Positions 63,170 through 64,000 of a stretch of DNA of 64,000 nt are shown here, in pieces. The stretch covers positions 4,130 to 68,129 of IMG/VR virus record IMGVR_UViG_3300028601_000019; one strand, given 5' to 3'. Numbering within the stretch: position 1 is the first letter of the stretch; each line of letters opens with the position of its first letter. Made by a program: the position numbers and the translations under genes. The notes under the pieces were generated by a model. It was not told the DNA's origin. It did not search any database and saw nothing but the letters and a program-made list of their open reading frames with translations. Source of the stretch: a virus (Duplodnaviria > Heunggongvirae > Uroviricota > Caudoviricetes).

Positions 63170-64000
63170 TGTATACACAGGAAGATGTAAGAACTTTTGC
63201 TATTGTTATTAATACTGCTAGAGGATTGGTAACATTAGACTCATCAGATATAATTCAATTTTATTTTATTGAAGATATATTTTCTATGTCCATGGTTGGA
63301 AAACTTATAATGAAGGATAACAGAGGACTTGTTGAATTTGCACCATTAACAGGAAATGAAACTCTTTCTATTTCCTATGGTGAGGAAGAAACTATAGACA
63401 AGGAATTTAGAATTTATAGCATTTCAAAAATTGATAAACTTGAAAATGTAGATCCAACTGGCAAGAATGTTATTGAGCTTTTCTTTACTGATCAGATGTT
63501 TTTCCCTGTTAATTTCCTTCAATTTTCAAAATCTTGAGGACCAATGAGAATTTCTGATATTGTTAAAGATATTGGAGAAAAAATGCTAGGAATTCGGGTT
63601 TGAGATAAATTTGAAAAGTCCAATGAATTTATAGAGGGATTTTATTCTCCGTATTGGAACCTAAGCACGTGTATTAAGTGGTTAATGAAACGAGCATCTG
63701 GTGTCACCTCTGATAAAACCGGATATTGCTTTTATAATAACTCATATGGATCTAATCTCATTACTCTAAACACACTTTTAGAGCAAACAGAGCTAATGAA
63801 AATTAGCTCAGAAGATGATGGGGTTTACACTTTTGAGGATCCCAATCTTTTTCTTTATAATAAAATTTTAAATTGAAGTATGATGGGAATAGATAATTCA
63901 TCATTAAGATTTATTGCTGGCGGCACAAGATTTGGTTTTAATAATGCAAAAAAGAAATTTATTAAAAAGGAATATCTATATAAGGATATTTTAAAAAATC
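63169..64000 (+). CDS. Baseplate protein, truncated by the window end, with at least 4 in-frame TGA.
   Basis: Continuous frame to the window edge. Confidence 0.35.

Noticed and set aside
1-64000. TGA as Gly (code 25) or as selenocysteine.
   Set aside because: TGA aligns with aromatic residues in T4 homologs (Phe in UvsX; Phe/Cys in gp55). It is too frequent (up to 9 per gene) and lacks SECIS-like context.

Overview
This 64 kb window is a T4-like (Straboviridae-type) myovirus genome segment that evidently decodes TGA as tryptophan (genetic code 4). Nearly every long gene is split in the standard-code ORF track at in-frame TGA codons. These TGAs align with aromatic or conserved residues in T4 homologs (TnpB motif DAD-W-NAxxNI, gp55, UvsX, gp17). 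The GC content is low (about 30%), strong Shine-Dalgarno sites are present, and many lipoproteins are encoded. These features are compatible with a Mollicutes-like host; a recoded phage of another host is not excluded. Recognisable genes include: (1) a large terminase subunit (gp17-like) carrying a 150-aa mini-intein in its P-loop; (2) a head module: gp24-like protein, portal gp20, prohead protease gp21, scaffold gp22 and major capsid gp23; (3) tail sheath gp18 on the minus strand; (4) tail tube gp19, a tape-measure-like protein and a gp48-like baseplate protein; (5) late sigma factor gp55, gp47/gp46 (Mre11/Rad50-like), UvsX and UvsW; (6) a PIN-PhoH fusion; (7) two tRNAs (Arg-CCU, Met-CAU). 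T4-type late promoters (TATAAATA) and early-type promoters (GTTTAC -35, TATATT -10, conserved leader) are recognisable, as are many rho-independent terminators. Accessory content is rich. There are two near-identical IS605/IS1341-family TnpB-only elements. There is an ADP-ribosylation toolkit: an R-S-E-type ADP-ribosyltransferase (ART), a 1404-aa protein with an ART-like region, a truncated macro domain next to an IS, and NADAR, NUDIX and DNPH1/Rcl-like genes. Also present are a homing-endonuclease-like PD-(D/E)xK protein, a Cas4-like nuclease, an SPFH/Band-7 lipoprotein with a small membrane partner, a standalone sigma-70 region-4 protein, two classes of structured intergenic repeats, and a tandem duplication in a paralogous early-gene family. 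Gene coordinates were re-derived by reading through TGA. Some minor boundaries are approximate.
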